Positions 9,391 to 18,385 of a DNA stretch of 59,311 bases are shown here, piece after piece. The notes beneath the pieces were generated by a model. The model saw only the letters and a list, made by a program, of their open reading frames with translations, did no database searches and was not told the origin of the DNA. The stretch covers positions 1 through 59,311 of the forward strand of contig CAIKBD010000150.1 of NCBI GenBank assembly GCA_903825565.1. Reading direction: 5' to 3'. The position numbers were made by a program, and so were the translations under genes. Position 1 is the first letter of the stretch; each line of letters begins with the position of its first letter. This stretch comes from an uncultured Anaerolineales bacterium. GTDB lineage: Bacteria; Chloroflexota; Anaerolineae; UBA4142.

Positions 9391-10043
9391 ACGATGCCGC
9401 GATTCACCCGGTGATCAAAATTTTGCGCCGCGCCGTCGCCGCATGGCGCGCGCCGTATGTCACCGCCCTGGCGCAACAACGTCGCGATCCGTTTCGGATT
9501 TTGATTTCGACAATGCTGAGTTTGCGAACCAAAGACGCCGTGACCGAAGCCGCCTCGCAAAAATTGTTCGCGCTCGCGGACAACCCGCACGCGATGCTGA
9601 AACTCACGCCGCACCAAATCGAGCAAGCGATTTACCCGGTCGGTTTTTATCGCACCAAAGCCAAAAACATTTTGCAGGTTTGCCGCGAATTGCTCGCGCG
9701 GTTCGACAGCCAGGTGCCGGCGGACCTTGACGCGCTGATCACCTTGCCCGGCGTGGGGCGTAAAACGGCAAACCTCGTCATGACGCTCGGCTTTGCCCTG
9801 CCCGGCATTTGCGTGGACACGCACGTGCATCGCATCACCAACCGCTGGGGCTATGTGCAAACGCAAACGCCGGCGCAAACCGAAATGGCATTGCGCGCCA
9901 AACTGCCGCGCGCGTACTGGATCGAAATCAACGACGAACTCGTCGCGTTCGGGCAAAACTTGTGCCACCCCGTTTCGCCGAAATGTTCGCTTTGCCCGCT
10001 GGCAAAATATTGCGCGCGCGTCGGCGTCACGCGCAGTCGCTAG
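9387..10043 (+). CDS. nth: Endonuclease III
   Basis: HhH-GPD motif (LPGVGRKTANLV...CVDTHVHR) and a C-terminal 4Fe-4S cluster (C-x6-C-x2-C-x5-C: CHPVSPKCSLCPLAKYC). Its ATG overlaps the PilZ stop (ATGA). Confidence 0.9.
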   Translation: MNDAAIHPVIKILRRAVAAWRAPYVTALAQQRRDPFRILISTMLSLRTKDAVTEAASQKLFALADNPHAMLKLTPHQIEQAIYPVGFYRTKAKNILQVCRELLARFDSQVPADLDALITLPGVGRKTANLVMTLGFALPGICVDTHVHRITNRWGYVQTQTPAQTEMALRAKLPRAYWIEINDELVAFGQNLCHPVSPKCSLCPLAKYCARVGVTRSR

Positions 10044-10065
10044 AATTTGATCACCTGGGAGACTT

Positions 10066-10404
10066 ATGCCAAAACCGCAAAAAATCATCGTGGACCTTGA
10101 GAACCGCGCGCTCCAAATCACCTGGCACGATCAGCACGTTAGCATTTACGATTTCACCGCTTTGCGCCGTGCCTGCCCCTGCGCCGAATGTCAACCGTGG
10201 AAGGAGGGCATCGGCGAGTGGGGCAAGTCGCCGGAAAAAGTGTTGCGCGCCGTTGGCGAGCTTGGCGCAGTCAGCGATGTCACCCCGGTCGGCGGATACG
10301 CGATCCAATTTCATTGGCAGGACGGCCACACGTTCGGCATTTACGATTGGGATTATCTGCGCGAGTTGTGTCCCTGCGCGGACTGTACCGCCCAATCCCA
10401 ATAA
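10066..10404 (+). CDS. DUF971 protein
   Basis: 112 aa. Has paired CPCAEC / CPCADC motifs and an H.F.IYDW..L pattern, both characteristic of DUF971. Confidence 0.75.
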   Translation: MPKPQKIIVDLENRALQITWHDQHVSIYDFTALRRACPCAECQPWKEGIGEWGKSPEKVLRAVGELGAVSDVTPVGGYAIQFHWQDGHTFGIYDWDYLRELCPCADCTAQSQ

Positions 10405-10426
10405 ACGTTTTTTTCACGGAGGCGTT

Positions 10427-11086
10427 ATGACCGACATCACCGAACCCTTGGCAATTTGGATTCAACAACTGCGCGCCATCGCGCAAACCGGTTTGGCGTT
10501 CGAACCGAATGTGTATGATCGCGAGCGGTACGACGCGCTGATCGAACTCGCCGCGAAAATGGCGGCGACGCTGAACGGCACCGCCACGCTTGACCCAGCA
10601 TTGGCGGACGCGTTCGCCGCGCGCTGGCGCGCGGACGTTGTGCCGGGCGTGCCCGGTTACGTCACGCCCAAAGTGGGGGTGGGCGCGGCGGTGTTCAACA
10701 TCCACGACGAAATTTTATTGATCGAACGTCCCGAAGGCGGCTGGTTTTATCCGACGGGCTGGGGCGATGTGGGTTTGTCGCCCGCCCAAGTTGCGGTGAA
10801 AGAAGTGCGCGAGGAAACTGGGATCATTGCCACGCCGCTGCGCGTGATCGGCGTGTACGATAGCAAAACGTGGCGGCGCGACCTCAATCCGCATTTTTAC
10901 AGCGTCCTCTTTGAATGTCGGCACGAGGGCGGCACGTTGCGCCCACATCCCGCTGAGACGCGCGGCGCGGGCTTTTTCACGCGCGATAATTTGCCGCAAC
11001 CGATCTATCAAAATCGCGCTGAACAGATCGAGCGCGCGTGGGCGGCGCATTGCGGCGAAATCAGCGAAACCTATTTCGATTGGTGA
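10427..11086 (+). CDS. NUDIX hydrolase with N-terminal Nudix_N-type helical domain
   Basis: Nudix box GWGDVGLSPAQVAVKEVREETGI. ATG 10427 is preceded by GGAGG. The ORF-track extension back to 9809 overlaps nth and DUF971 and is rejected. Confidence 0.85.
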   Translation: MTDITEPLAIWIQQLRAIAQTGLAFEPNVYDRERYDALIELAAKMAATLNGTATLDPALADAFAARWRADVVPGVPGYVTPKVGVGAAVFNIHDEILLIERPEGGWFYPTGWGDVGLSPAQVAVKEVREETGIIATPLRVIGVYDSKTWRRDLNPHFYSVLFECRHEGGTLRPHPAETRGAGFFTRDNLPQPIYQNRAEQIERAWAAHCGEISETYFDW

Positions 11087-11093
11087 GCCGCTA

Positions 11094-11687
11094 ATGAATA
11101 TCCGCCAACTCTTTTTCGACTGGCAATATCGCTTTTCGCAACCGCCCTGGGATTCCGGCGTCACGCCACCACAAGTCGTCGCGTTCGTGGAGCGCACCAC
11201 CGCGCGCGGACGCGCACTCGACCTGGGTTGCGGCACCGGCACGAACGCGCTCTATTTGGCGCAACACGGCTTTACCGTCGTCGGCGTAGATTTTTCCGCG
11301 CGCGCCATCGCCACCGCGCGGGCGCGCGTTCAACGCGCCGGTTTCACGCCGACGTTCCACGTCGCGGATGTGTCGCGCTTGGAATTTTTAACCGCGCCGT
11401 TCGCGTTCGTGCTCGACATCGGTTGCTTCCACGCAATTGAGCCGACCGCGCGCGCGCGGTACGTGGCGGGCATCGCGCGGCTCACGCAACCCGGCAGTCA
11501 GTTCATGCTCTACGCGTTTGCGCCGCGCCCGCCGGAGCAACGTCCGCACTGGCTCGCGCTGCGCAACGTCGGCGTCACGCCGGCGGAGGTCACGCAACTC
11601 TTTGCGCCGGCTTTCGAGTTGACGCGTGTCGAACACGGCACGGATCGCGCGCGCGCTTCGGCGTGGTACTGGTTTACGCGGAAATAG
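11094..11687 (+). CDS. Class I SAM-dependent methyltransferase (TPMT/TehB-like)
   Basis: Motif I ALDLGCGTGTNALYLA, preceded by WD.G.TP. The ORF-track extension to 10911 overlaps the NUDIX gene. Confidence 0.8.
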   Translation: MNIRQLFFDWQYRFSQPPWDSGVTPPQVVAFVERTTARGRALDLGCGTGTNALYLAQHGFTVVGVDFSARAIATARARVQRAGFTPTFHVADVSRLEFLTAPFAFVLDIGCFHAIEPTARARYVAGIARLTQPGSQFMLYAFAPRPPEQRPHWLALRNVGVTPAEVTQLFAPAFELTRVEHGTDRARASAWYWFTRK

Positions 11688-11714
11688 CTTTCGCGGACGC
11701 GCCAACCTAAACGC

Positions 11715-11749
11715 AAATCGAGACGGAGTTGCCTCCGTCTCGATTTTTT
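11715..11749. terminator. Bidirectional intrinsic terminator between convergent genes
   Basis: 11-bp perfect stem TCGAGACGGAG / CTCCGTCTCGA with loop TTGC. It is flanked by AAA on the left and TTTTTT on the right. Confidence 0.7.
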
Positions 11750-12875
11750 ACCGCGCATGAAAGCGGCGTTCACTGCGATCCAAGCGAATTTCGACTTGGC
11801 CGCCGAGCGCGTCCTGGATCAGATTGAGGTACACCTGATCCATCATCTCCTGCCGCAAGCGCACCTCGCGATCCACGCTGTAGAGCAACGCGTTGTACAC
11901 TTCCAGCCCGCCGTAATCCGCCGCGAGCAATCCCAGGATCGGCGCGACGAGTGCGGGCGCGAGCAAGCGCTCCTGCTCCACCGCACCAATCGTTTCGCCC
12001 AGACCCAGACACGCGGCGGGCACATCAATCCGCAACGCGTCGTCGAAATCGGCGAGCCGCACAAAAAACGAAACGATTGCCGGCGCGGCTTGCATACTGT
12101 CGAGCAAACTGCGCCGCGCGCCGCGAAAGACGGAACTCTGCCCGAACAAGATCGGCGTCGAGAAACCGGCGCGCCGCTCCGTCCACCGATAGATCGCTTC
12201 GCTGTCGGAAATTTCCTTTTCCTTCGGCAAGTCGCCGCCGTGCTCCGCCTGCCACCACACGTTCGCGTGCGCTTTTTCGTGACTCGTTTTCGCAATCGAG
12301 ATCACGATCAAATCTCGTTGCGCGCACGCGGCGAACAATTGCAAATAGTGATCCAAAATTGCGGCGGGCAAATCGAAAATGTCCGGCGGCAATTGCGTTT
12401 GCGCGTCGTCGCCCCACGCGTACAGCGAAGTCAACTGCCCGTACAACGCGCCGTCCAAAAAAAGCGTCGTGCGCGGCGGCATCTGCGCGATGGCTTGGCG
12501 TGCCAAGCCGACTTCGAGCTGGTGCATCAAAAAGCCCGCCGAGCGTTCGATCAACGCGGCGTCGGTTGCGCCGGGCAAAATGCTCACATCTACGTCCGAC
12601 GCTTCAATGCGTTCGCCGGCACGCTCGCCGACGATCAGGGCTTGCGCGACGAAGAGATACGCGCCGTTCGCCAAGTGCCGCACCGCGCGCGAACCGTCCA
12701 CCGCAAACGCCGGGCGCCGCGCCGCCGCCGCCGCGAGCGGCAGTTGATGCCAGTGCCGGTTGACCAGTTGCGCCAACGCCAGCTCGTTGACGCTCGCGTC
12801 AAATTGCAACGTGTGCACGAGGTCGCTTTTTTTTGTTTCGACTTTTTGACTCAGCCGCTCGATAAAATTCGCCAT
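11748..12875 (-). CDS. NurA-like 5'-3' nuclease domain protein
   Basis: 375 aa from ATG 12875. NurA-type motifs are FAVDGS, MHQLEVGLA, LFLDGALYG and VISIAKTSH. Its ATG shares one base with the recR TAA (TAATG). The ORF-track start at 13307 lies inside recR and is rejected. Confidence 0.6.
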   Translation of the reverse strand: MANFIERLSQKVETKKSDLVHTLQFDASVNELALAQLVNRHWHQLPLAAAAARRPAFAVDGSRAVRHLANGAYLFVAQALIVGERAGERIEASDVDVSILPGATDAALIERSAGFLMHQLEVGLARQAIAQMPPRTTLFLDGALYGQLTSLYAWGDDAQTQLPPDIFDLPAAILDHYLQLFAACAQRDLIVISIAKTSHEKAHANVWWQAEHGGDLPKEKEISDSEAIYRWTERRAGFSTPILFGQSSVFRGARRSLLDSMQAAPAIVSFFVRLADFDDALRIDVPAACLGLGETIGAVEQERLLAPALVAPILGLLAADYGGLEVYNALLYSVDREVRLRQEMMDQVYLNLIQDALGGQVEIRLDRSERRFHAR

Positions 12876-13477
12876 TAGACTTCGCGCCGTCCTTCCAGCG
12901 CGCGCGTCAGCGTCACTTCGTCGGCATATTCCAAATCGCCGCCCACCGGCAAGCCGCGCGCCAGCCGCGTCAACTTGATGCCCAGGGGCTTGATCAGCCG
13001 CTCCAAGTACAGCGCGGTTGCCTCGCCTTCGAGATTCGGATTCGTCGCCAAAACAATTTCCGCGATCCCAGGTTCCCGGCGAAGTCGCGTCAGCAATTCG
13101 CCGATGCGTAAATCTTCGGGTCCGATCCCTTCGACCGGCGAGATCGCGCCGTGCAACACATGATACAAGCCGTGATACTCGCGCGTGCGTTCGATTGCCA
13201 GCACGTCGAGCGGCTCTTCGACAACGCAGATCAGCGTGCGGTCGCGCGCGTCGTCGCGGCAGATCGCGCACGGATTTTCCTCGGCGATGTTTTGACACAG
13301 CGCGCAAGTGACGATGTGATCTTTCAACTGCACAAGCGCCTCGGCGAGCGCGTGCGCTTGCGTTTTCGGCGCGCGCAAGAGATAGAACGTGAGCCGTTGC
13401 GCAGTCTTGGGTCCCACGCCCGGCAAACGATGAAACTCTTCGATGAGACGCGTCACGGCGCGCGGGGTCGTGTCCAT
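12875..13477 (-). CDS. recR: Recombination protein RecR
   Basis: HhH ([12 protein letters not shown]), Cys4 zinc finger (CALCQN...CAIC) and Toprim region ([15 protein letters not shown]). Confidence 0.95.
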   Translation of the reverse strand: MDTTPRAVTRLIEEFHRLPGVGPKTAQRLTFYLLRAPKTQAHALAEALVQLKDHIVTCALCQNIAEENPCAICRDDARDRTLICVVEEPLDVLAIERTREYHGLYHVLHGAISPVEGIGPEDLRIGELLTRLRREPGIAEIVLATNPNLEGEATALYLERLIKPLGIKLTRLARGLPVGGDLEYADEVTLTRALEGRREV

Positions 13478-13480
13478 CGG

Positions 13481-13843
13481 CTAACCCAGGATATTGGGCA
13501 AGCCCAAGCCGCCGGTGAGCGCGCCCATTTTTTGCGACGCGAGTTGTTGCGATTTTTCAATCGCCTCGTTCACCGCCGCCACGATCAAATCTTGCAACAT
13601 CTCCACGTCGTCCGGGCTAACCGCGTCCGGCGAAATTTTGATCGCTTGGATTTTTTGCTGGCCCGTGATCACAATCGTTACCGCGCCGCCGCCCGCCGTC
13701 ACCTCGACTGTTTCGTCGGCGAGCGCGGCTTGCGTCTCCGCCATTTGTTGCTGGAAAACTTCCAACAAGTTGCCTGCGCCACCGCCACCACCGCCCACGC
13801 GCGGCATTTGCGGACCGCGGCGCGGATCGCCTCGTTTGCTCAT
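13481..13843 (-). CDS. ybaB: YbaB/EbfC nucleoid-associated protein
   Basis: ...LEVFQQQMAETQAAL...VEVTAGGGAVTIVITGQQKIQAIKISPD...DVEMLQDLIVAAVNEAI is typical of YbaB. It sits 3 nt upstream of recR. Confidence 0.9.
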   Translation of the reverse strand: MSKRGDPRRGPQMPRVGGGGGGAGNLLEVFQQQMAETQAALADETVEVTAGGGAVTIVITGQQKIQAIKISPDAVSPDDVEMLQDLIVAAVNEAIEKSQQLASQKMGALTGGLGLPNILG

Positions 13844-13909
13844 CGTGCTTGCTCCCTCATACAAAATCCAAAGAACACGCCTCGCGGGGACGCCTGTTCT
13901 TTGTAAGTT

Positions 13910-15511
13910 TTATTCCATGTCCTTGTGAATTTCGGTAATCTCTGCGCCCATCAAATTGACCGCCGCTTGAATTAGCGGGTCTTGCTCGACCGCTTTGCGT
14001 TTCGCGCGTTCCGGCGACAGGACGCACTTGACGCGGCACTTTTGCTGGAACAGTTGCGTCAACGCTTTTTCGATCAACGCCTTGCCTTTCGCATCCTGCT
14101 CAAAACGCTCCGCGTGCAATTGGTGATGAAATCCCAAAACGATCTGATCGCCTTCGATGCGAACCGGTTCGGCGTCGCGCAGTAACGCCTCGGCGATTTT
14201 GTTGTACTGGCGAATCACACCCAGCACGCGCATCCAATTCTCGCGCAAGGTTTCGACCGAAAGCGCGCCCACCCCGTTCGCGTCGTTCGCCGCGGGCGCA
14301 TCGCTTGGCGCGGGCGCATCCGCCGGTTGCGTTTTTTTTGCGGGCGGCACAGGCGCGCGCGGAGCGGGCGTGGACGGCGCGGCAACGTGATGCGGCGCGG
14401 GCGGCGGCGTTGCCGCGCGCGGTGCGACTGGCTCTTCGAGCGTCGCCTCGACCAGCGCGATTTCGAGCGGCAAGGTGGGGTGCGCGCTCGTTCGCAAATC
14501 ATACACGGCTTGGTTGAATAAGCGAATCGTGCGCACGAGTTGCTCGGCGGAAAATTTGCCGGCGGATGCGAGCATCTCCGCCTGCGCTTCCGCCGTCAGC
14601 GTGAGCGCCTCGCCGCTCCCGGCTTTGAGCAACAATAAACTCCGCAAGTACTCGACGATCTCGCGCGCCAATTGCTTGGGGTCTGCCCCGCCGTCCACCG
14701 CGCTGGCGACGAGCGTCAAACCTTGGGCGACATTTTTTTCGGCGAGTTGCACGACCACCTGGCTCACCACCTGGCTCGACGCCGCGCCGAGCAACCCTTG
14801 CACTTGCGCGAGCGTGATCTCATCGCTGCCGTAGGCGGTGAGTTGATCGAGCAGACTGATCGCGTCACGCATCGCGCCGGTCGCTTGCCGCGCGATCAGT
14901 TCGAGCGCGGCGGGTTCGACGCGGAGGTTTTCCTTCGTTGCGATCTCGGTCAACCGTTCGACGATTTCCGGTAGCGTCAGCCGGCGAAACACAAAACGTT
15001 GCACGCGCGAAATAACGGTGGCGGGGATTTTTTGCGGATCCGTCGTGGCGAAAATAAAGATGACGTGCGGCGGCGGCTCTTCCAGCGTTTTCAACAGCGC
15101 GTTGAACGCCGCCGTCGAAAGCATGTGCACTTCGTCAATGATGTACACCTTGTAGCGCGCCGTGCTCGGACGAAAATCCACCTTGTCGCGGAGATCGCGG
15201 ATGTCGTCCACGCCGGTATTCGACGCCGCGTCAATTTCGATCAAGTCGAGCAAGCGTTCTTCGTTGATCGCCTGACACACCGCGCAGGTATTGCACGGCT
15301 TGGCTTGCTCTGTTGACTCGCAATTAACCGCTTTGGCGAGGAGCCGCGCCGTCGTCGTTTTGCCGGTGCCGCGCGGACCCTCGAACAAGTACGCGTGCGC
15401 GATGCGATTCAGCGCGAGCGCATTTTTGAGCGTCGTCGTGACGTGCGCTTGCCCTTCCACTTCGGAAAATGTGTGCGGGCGATATTTCAAATACAACGCT
15501 TGCGCGGGCAT
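13910..15511 (-). CDS. dnaX: DNA polymerase III subunit gamma/tau
   Basis: AAA+ clamp-loader motifs (GPRGTGKTT; IIDEVHMLS; SRVQRF) and a Zn module (CESTEQAKPCNTCAVC). Confidence 0.95.
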   Translation of the reverse strand: MPAQALYLKYRPHTFSEVEGQAHVTTTLKNALALNRIAHAYLFEGPRGTGKTTTARLLAKAVNCESTEQAKPCNTCAVCQAINEERLLDLIEIDAASNTGVDDIRDLRDKVDFRPSTARYKVYIIDEVHMLSTAAFNALLKTLEEPPPHVIFIFATTDPQKIPATVISRVQRFVFRRLTLPEIVERLTEIATKENLRVEPAALELIARQATGAMRDAISLLDQLTAYGSDEITLAQVQGLLGAASSQVVSQVVVQLAEKNVAQGLTLVASAVDGGADPKQLAREIVEYLRSLLLLKAGSGEALTLTAEAQAEMLASAGKFSAEQLVRTIRLFNQAVYDLRTSAHPTLPLEIALVEATLEEPVAPRAATPPPAPHHVAAPSTPAPRAPVPPAKKTQPADAPAPSDAPAANDANGVGALSVETLRENWMRVLGVIRQYNKIAEALLRDAEPVRIEGDQIVLGFHHQLHAERFEQDAKGKALIEKALTQLFQQKCRVKCVLSPERAKRKAVEQDPLIQAAVNLMGAEITEIHKDME

Positions 15512-15560
15512 AGCCCCTCCCCGGAATCAATCCAACGTGCGGCGCGAGCCAGCCCGCGCT

Positions 15561-16904
15561 TTACGGCGGTGGCGTCCAATCCGCGCCGATGATGATGCGA
15601 ATATCGGAATCGGTTTTCACATCGTTGCTGCGCCGGATGTTTGCCGGCTCGACGCGAAACGTTTTGGCAAGCACGTTTAGCGTGGCGCTTTTTGCGCCGG
15701 TGTAATCAATCAAAACGGTTTTGGCGTAATCAAAGCGATCCGCGTTGCCATACGCGTAAATCTGAAAACCCTGGGTCTGCAAAAAACGCGCCGTGCGTTC
15801 GGCGACCGGCGCATTCGGCGTGCCGTTCAACACGAGGATGCGCGCCGCTTCTTGTTTCACCACATCGGCTTGGTTCACCAGCGGCGGGTCTTGCGGAATG
15901 ATCTGGTTCATCAACGCGCCGACTTTGGCGCGGTCAAACCACAACACATCCGCGCCCGTGCCCGTGCGAAACTCAACCGTCATCGTTTGATCAATCGTGC
16001 CGGTTTTAATGTTTTCGGTTTTCACCTTTGCCGCCGACTGCGCGAGTGCGATCACCTCTTGCGGTTTCAAATCTGTCTCGACCGTACCCCACAGCGATTG
16101 CACGAGCGTCGGCAACTTGGGCAACAGATCGAGGCGCAACGCCTTGTCGCGCGCGGCGAGGATCACTTGGATTTGGCGTTTGGAGCGACCGAAATCGCCG
16201 TCCTGATGGCGCGTGCGCGCGTACTTGAGCGCCAATTCGCCGTCCATATGCAAACGCCCGGCGGGAATGTACAGCGGGCTAAAGCCAAAATTTTCGTCGG
16301 GGTAGGTGGGATCGTTGATCGGCTTGGGCACGTCCACATCTATGCCGCCGAGGGTGTCAATGACCCGGCGAAAGCCGTTGAAATCGCCCAGCACATAGTA
16401 ATGAATGCGTCGCCCAAAATTATATTCAACGGTTTTCTTGGCGAGCGCGGGCCCGCCGCCGGGGTACTTGTACAACTCGCCGTAATAATTCGCCGTATTG
16501 ATCCGATTGTCGCCCACGCCGGGAATCGGCACGTACAAATCGCGCGGAATCGTAATTACGCCCGCCGTCGAGGTTTTGGAATCCAACGACACAATCATCA
16601 TCGTATCCGTGCGGCAGACGTGCTTGTCAATTGGACGGCAATCCGTGCCCATTACCAGCACGTTGACGCGTTCGCCGGCGGCAATATTCGGCGCGGGCGC
16701 TTGGGTTGGTTGCGGCGCAGCGGAAATGACGGGCAGATTACCGATCTCCGGCAAACCCATCGCGATCACGGCTTCGCGCACCGTATCATAAATTTGATAG
16801 CCAAAGAAAAACGCGCCGCACAAAAACAAGCCGATGAACAGGACGCCGGCGATTTTGAGCGGCGCACTCGAACGCTGTGCTCGACGCGAACGACGTGACG
16901 GCAA
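15561..16904 (-). CDS. LCP family (LytR/CpsA/Psr) cell-wall polymer transferase with LytR_C domain
   Basis: N-terminal TM helix, then the LCP core (VNVLVMGTD...RTDTMMIVSLD...ITIPRDLYV). I chose the TTG at 16904, which is preceded by GGGAGGAGG and a predicted promoter. ORF-track starts at 17015 and 17087 lie upstream of that promoter. Confidence 0.75.
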   Translation of the reverse strand: MPSRRSRRAQRSSAPLKIAGVLFIGLFLCGAFFFGYQIYDTVREAVIAMGLPEIGNLPVISAAPQPTQAPAPNIAAGERVNVLVMGTDCRPIDKHVCRTDTMMIVSLDSKTSTAGVITIPRDLYVPIPGVGDNRINTANYYGELYKYPGGGPALAKKTVEYNFGRRIHYYVLGDFNGFRRVIDTLGGIDVDVPKPINDPTYPDENFGFSPLYIPAGRLHMDGELALKYARTRHQDGDFGRSKRQIQVILAARDKALRLDLLPKLPTLVQSLWGTVETDLKPQEVIALAQSAAKVKTENIKTGTIDQTMTVEFRTGTGADVLWFDRAKVGALMNQIIPQDPPLVNQADVVKQEAARILVLNGTPNAPVAERTARFLQTQGFQIYAYGNADRFDYAKTVLIDYTGAKSATLNVLAKTFRVEPANIRRSNDVKTDSDIRIIIGADWTPPP

Positions 16905-16934
16905 ACTATCCTCCTCCCTGCTTGGAGCACGCCG

Positions 16935-16963
16935 ATTATAGCACAACCCCGAAACACGCACAA
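16935..16963 (-). promoter_or_regulatory. Predicted sigma-70-type promoter for the LCP gene
   Basis: Minus strand reads TTGTGC-17 nt-TATAAT, with TGC giving an extended -10. Confidence 0.4.
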
Positions 16964-16972
16964 GATTATCAT

Positions 16973-17001
16973 TTGACTTTTCATTCTGACCGAAATATAC
17001 T
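16973..17001 (+). promoter_or_regulatory. Predicted promoter for the RodZ-like gene (implies a leaderless mRNA)
   Basis: TTGACT-17 nt-TATACT. The -10 ends 7 nt before ATG 17009 and there is no SD. Confidence 0.45.
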
Positions 17002-17008
17002 CTCTGCG

Positions 17009-18385
17009 ATGTCATTGCTCGGTCAACACCTGCGCCAAGCGCGCGAGGCGCGCGGCATTTCGCCGTTGCAAGTCGAAATAGACACACGCATTCGCGCCAG
17101 CATCGTCAACGCCCTCGAACAAGGCGATTACGAAAATCTGCCGCCCGAACCCTTCGTGCGCGGCTTGATTCGTTCGTACGCCAACTACCTGGGTGTAGAT
17201 TCGGAAGAGATGCTGGGTTTATATGTTGCTGACTTTGCGCCCCAACCTGTAACGCCCGCGCCGCGGCCATCCGTCGTCAAGCGCCCGCCCGAACCGGGGA
17301 ACAAACCGGCGCCGGCAGCGCCGCCATCCACCAAACCCATGGGCGCGGCCACGCGTCCGATCCGCCCCAACCCGGCGGTGCAACCAGCGGATGCGCCGCC
17401 GCCCTCCTTGCCCGAAGAGCCAGCGTTGCCAGTCACGCCGGCATCTACCGCCGCGCCAACGCGCAAGCCAACCGCGATTCGCCTGCCCTCGTTGCGCCCG
17501 CCGGTGCCGCGCCCACCCGCGCCCAAACCCAGTTTGCCCTTGCCGCCCGCGCCGCCCGAATCCTTGCTCCCGCCGGAGAACCTGGGTTCGGATTTGCTCG
17601 CCGCGCCCGAAGCATTCGGCGAACGCACGTCGCTCGCGCGCGCAACGCGCAAGCCCGCCTCATTGCCGGTTATCGCCGGGATCATTGCGGGCGTGTTATT
17701 CTTGTGCGGGCTGTTCGGTTTATTCGCCGCGTGGCAAATCTCGCCGATGGTTTCGCAATTGGCGGAACGGACGCTGACCCCAACGCGGTTGCCGCCCACG
17801 CGCACCGCCACGCCGATCCCGGGCGCAAACCCGACCGGGGTGCCAACACTCGCCGCCACTGCGCCGCCATTCGCGCCGGCGCCCAATCTACCCTCGCCAA
17901 CGAGCAAGCCCGCCACGCCGCGCCCAGCCGATGGCGTCGCCGGGTTGCATCTCGACGTGATCGAGGTGACGCAACCGATCAACCTGCGCGTCGGCGTGGA
18001 CGGCGTGCTTGTCTTCAACGAGCAAATGCAACCGGGGACGACGCGTTCGTGGAGCGCGCGCGACTCGCTGTACGTGCGGCTCGAAAATCCCAAAGGAGTC
18101 AATCTGCAATTCAACGGCAATAACAAGGTATTCGGCGCGCGCAATTTTCAGGAAACAAAATTGTTAGAGCGGCAGTGGAATGTGAATGAACGCGGCACGC
18201 CGGTGCCCGTTACGCCGGTCGCGCCGGCAAATGCGCCCGCGCCTGCGCTAACGCCAACACCGCTCGCCGCGCTTGCGCCTATGGAAATCGCGCCAGAGCT
18301 GGCTCCCGAGCTAACGCCGACCCCAGCCCTGACCAGCAATCCCATTTCGCTCACACCCACACCCACCCTCACACCCTTTAATTAG
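17009..18385 (+). CDS. rodZ: RodZ-like cytoskeleton protein (HTH_25 - Pro-rich - TM - DUF4115)
   Basis: N-terminal Xre-type HTH (LGQHLRQAREARGISPLQVEIDTRI...FVRGLIRSYANYLG), a Pro-rich region, a TM helix (VIAGIIAGVLFLCGLFGLFAAW) and a C-terminal DUF4115-like beta domain. Confidence 0.7.
   Translation: MSLLGQHLRQAREARGISPLQVEIDTRIRASIVNALEQGDYENLPPEPFVRGLIRSYANYLGVDSEEMLGLYVADFAPQPVTPAPRPSVVKRPPEPGNKPAPAAPPSTKPMGAATRPIRPNPAVQPADAPPPSLPEEPALPVTPASTAAPTRKPTAIRLPSLRPPVPRPPAPKPSLPLPPAPPESLLPPENLGSDLLAAPEAFGERTSLARATRKPASLPVIAGIIAGVLFLCGLFGLFAAWQISPMVSQLAERTLTPTRLPPTRTATPIPGANPTGVPTLAATAPPFAPAPNLPSPTSKPATPRPADGVAGLHLDVIEVTQPINLRVGVDGVLVFNEQMQPGTTRSWSARDSLYVRLENPKGVNLQFNGNNKVFGARNFQETKLLERQWNVNERGTPVPVTPVAPANAPAPALTPTPLAALAPMEIAPELAPELTPTPALTSNPISLTPTPTLTPFN

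Noticed and set aside
9809-10426. N-terminal extensions of ORF-track entries (9809 for NUDIX, 10911 for the methyltransferase, 13307 for NurA-like, 32673 for DmpA, 37113 for LysM-peptidase, 46591 for folD, 49853 for HEAT, 51590 for the aminotransferase, 18919 for the lectin)
   Set aside because: The extensions overlap well-supported upstream genes or repeats. Internal starts have SD sequences and/or start-stop overlaps, and they match the expected family N-termini.
13869-13903. Hairpin CAAAGAACA...TGTTCTTTG between dnaX and ybaB as an internal terminator
   Set aside because: Only 9 bp pair cleanly, the loop is long and the U-tract is weak. This is too weak to call.
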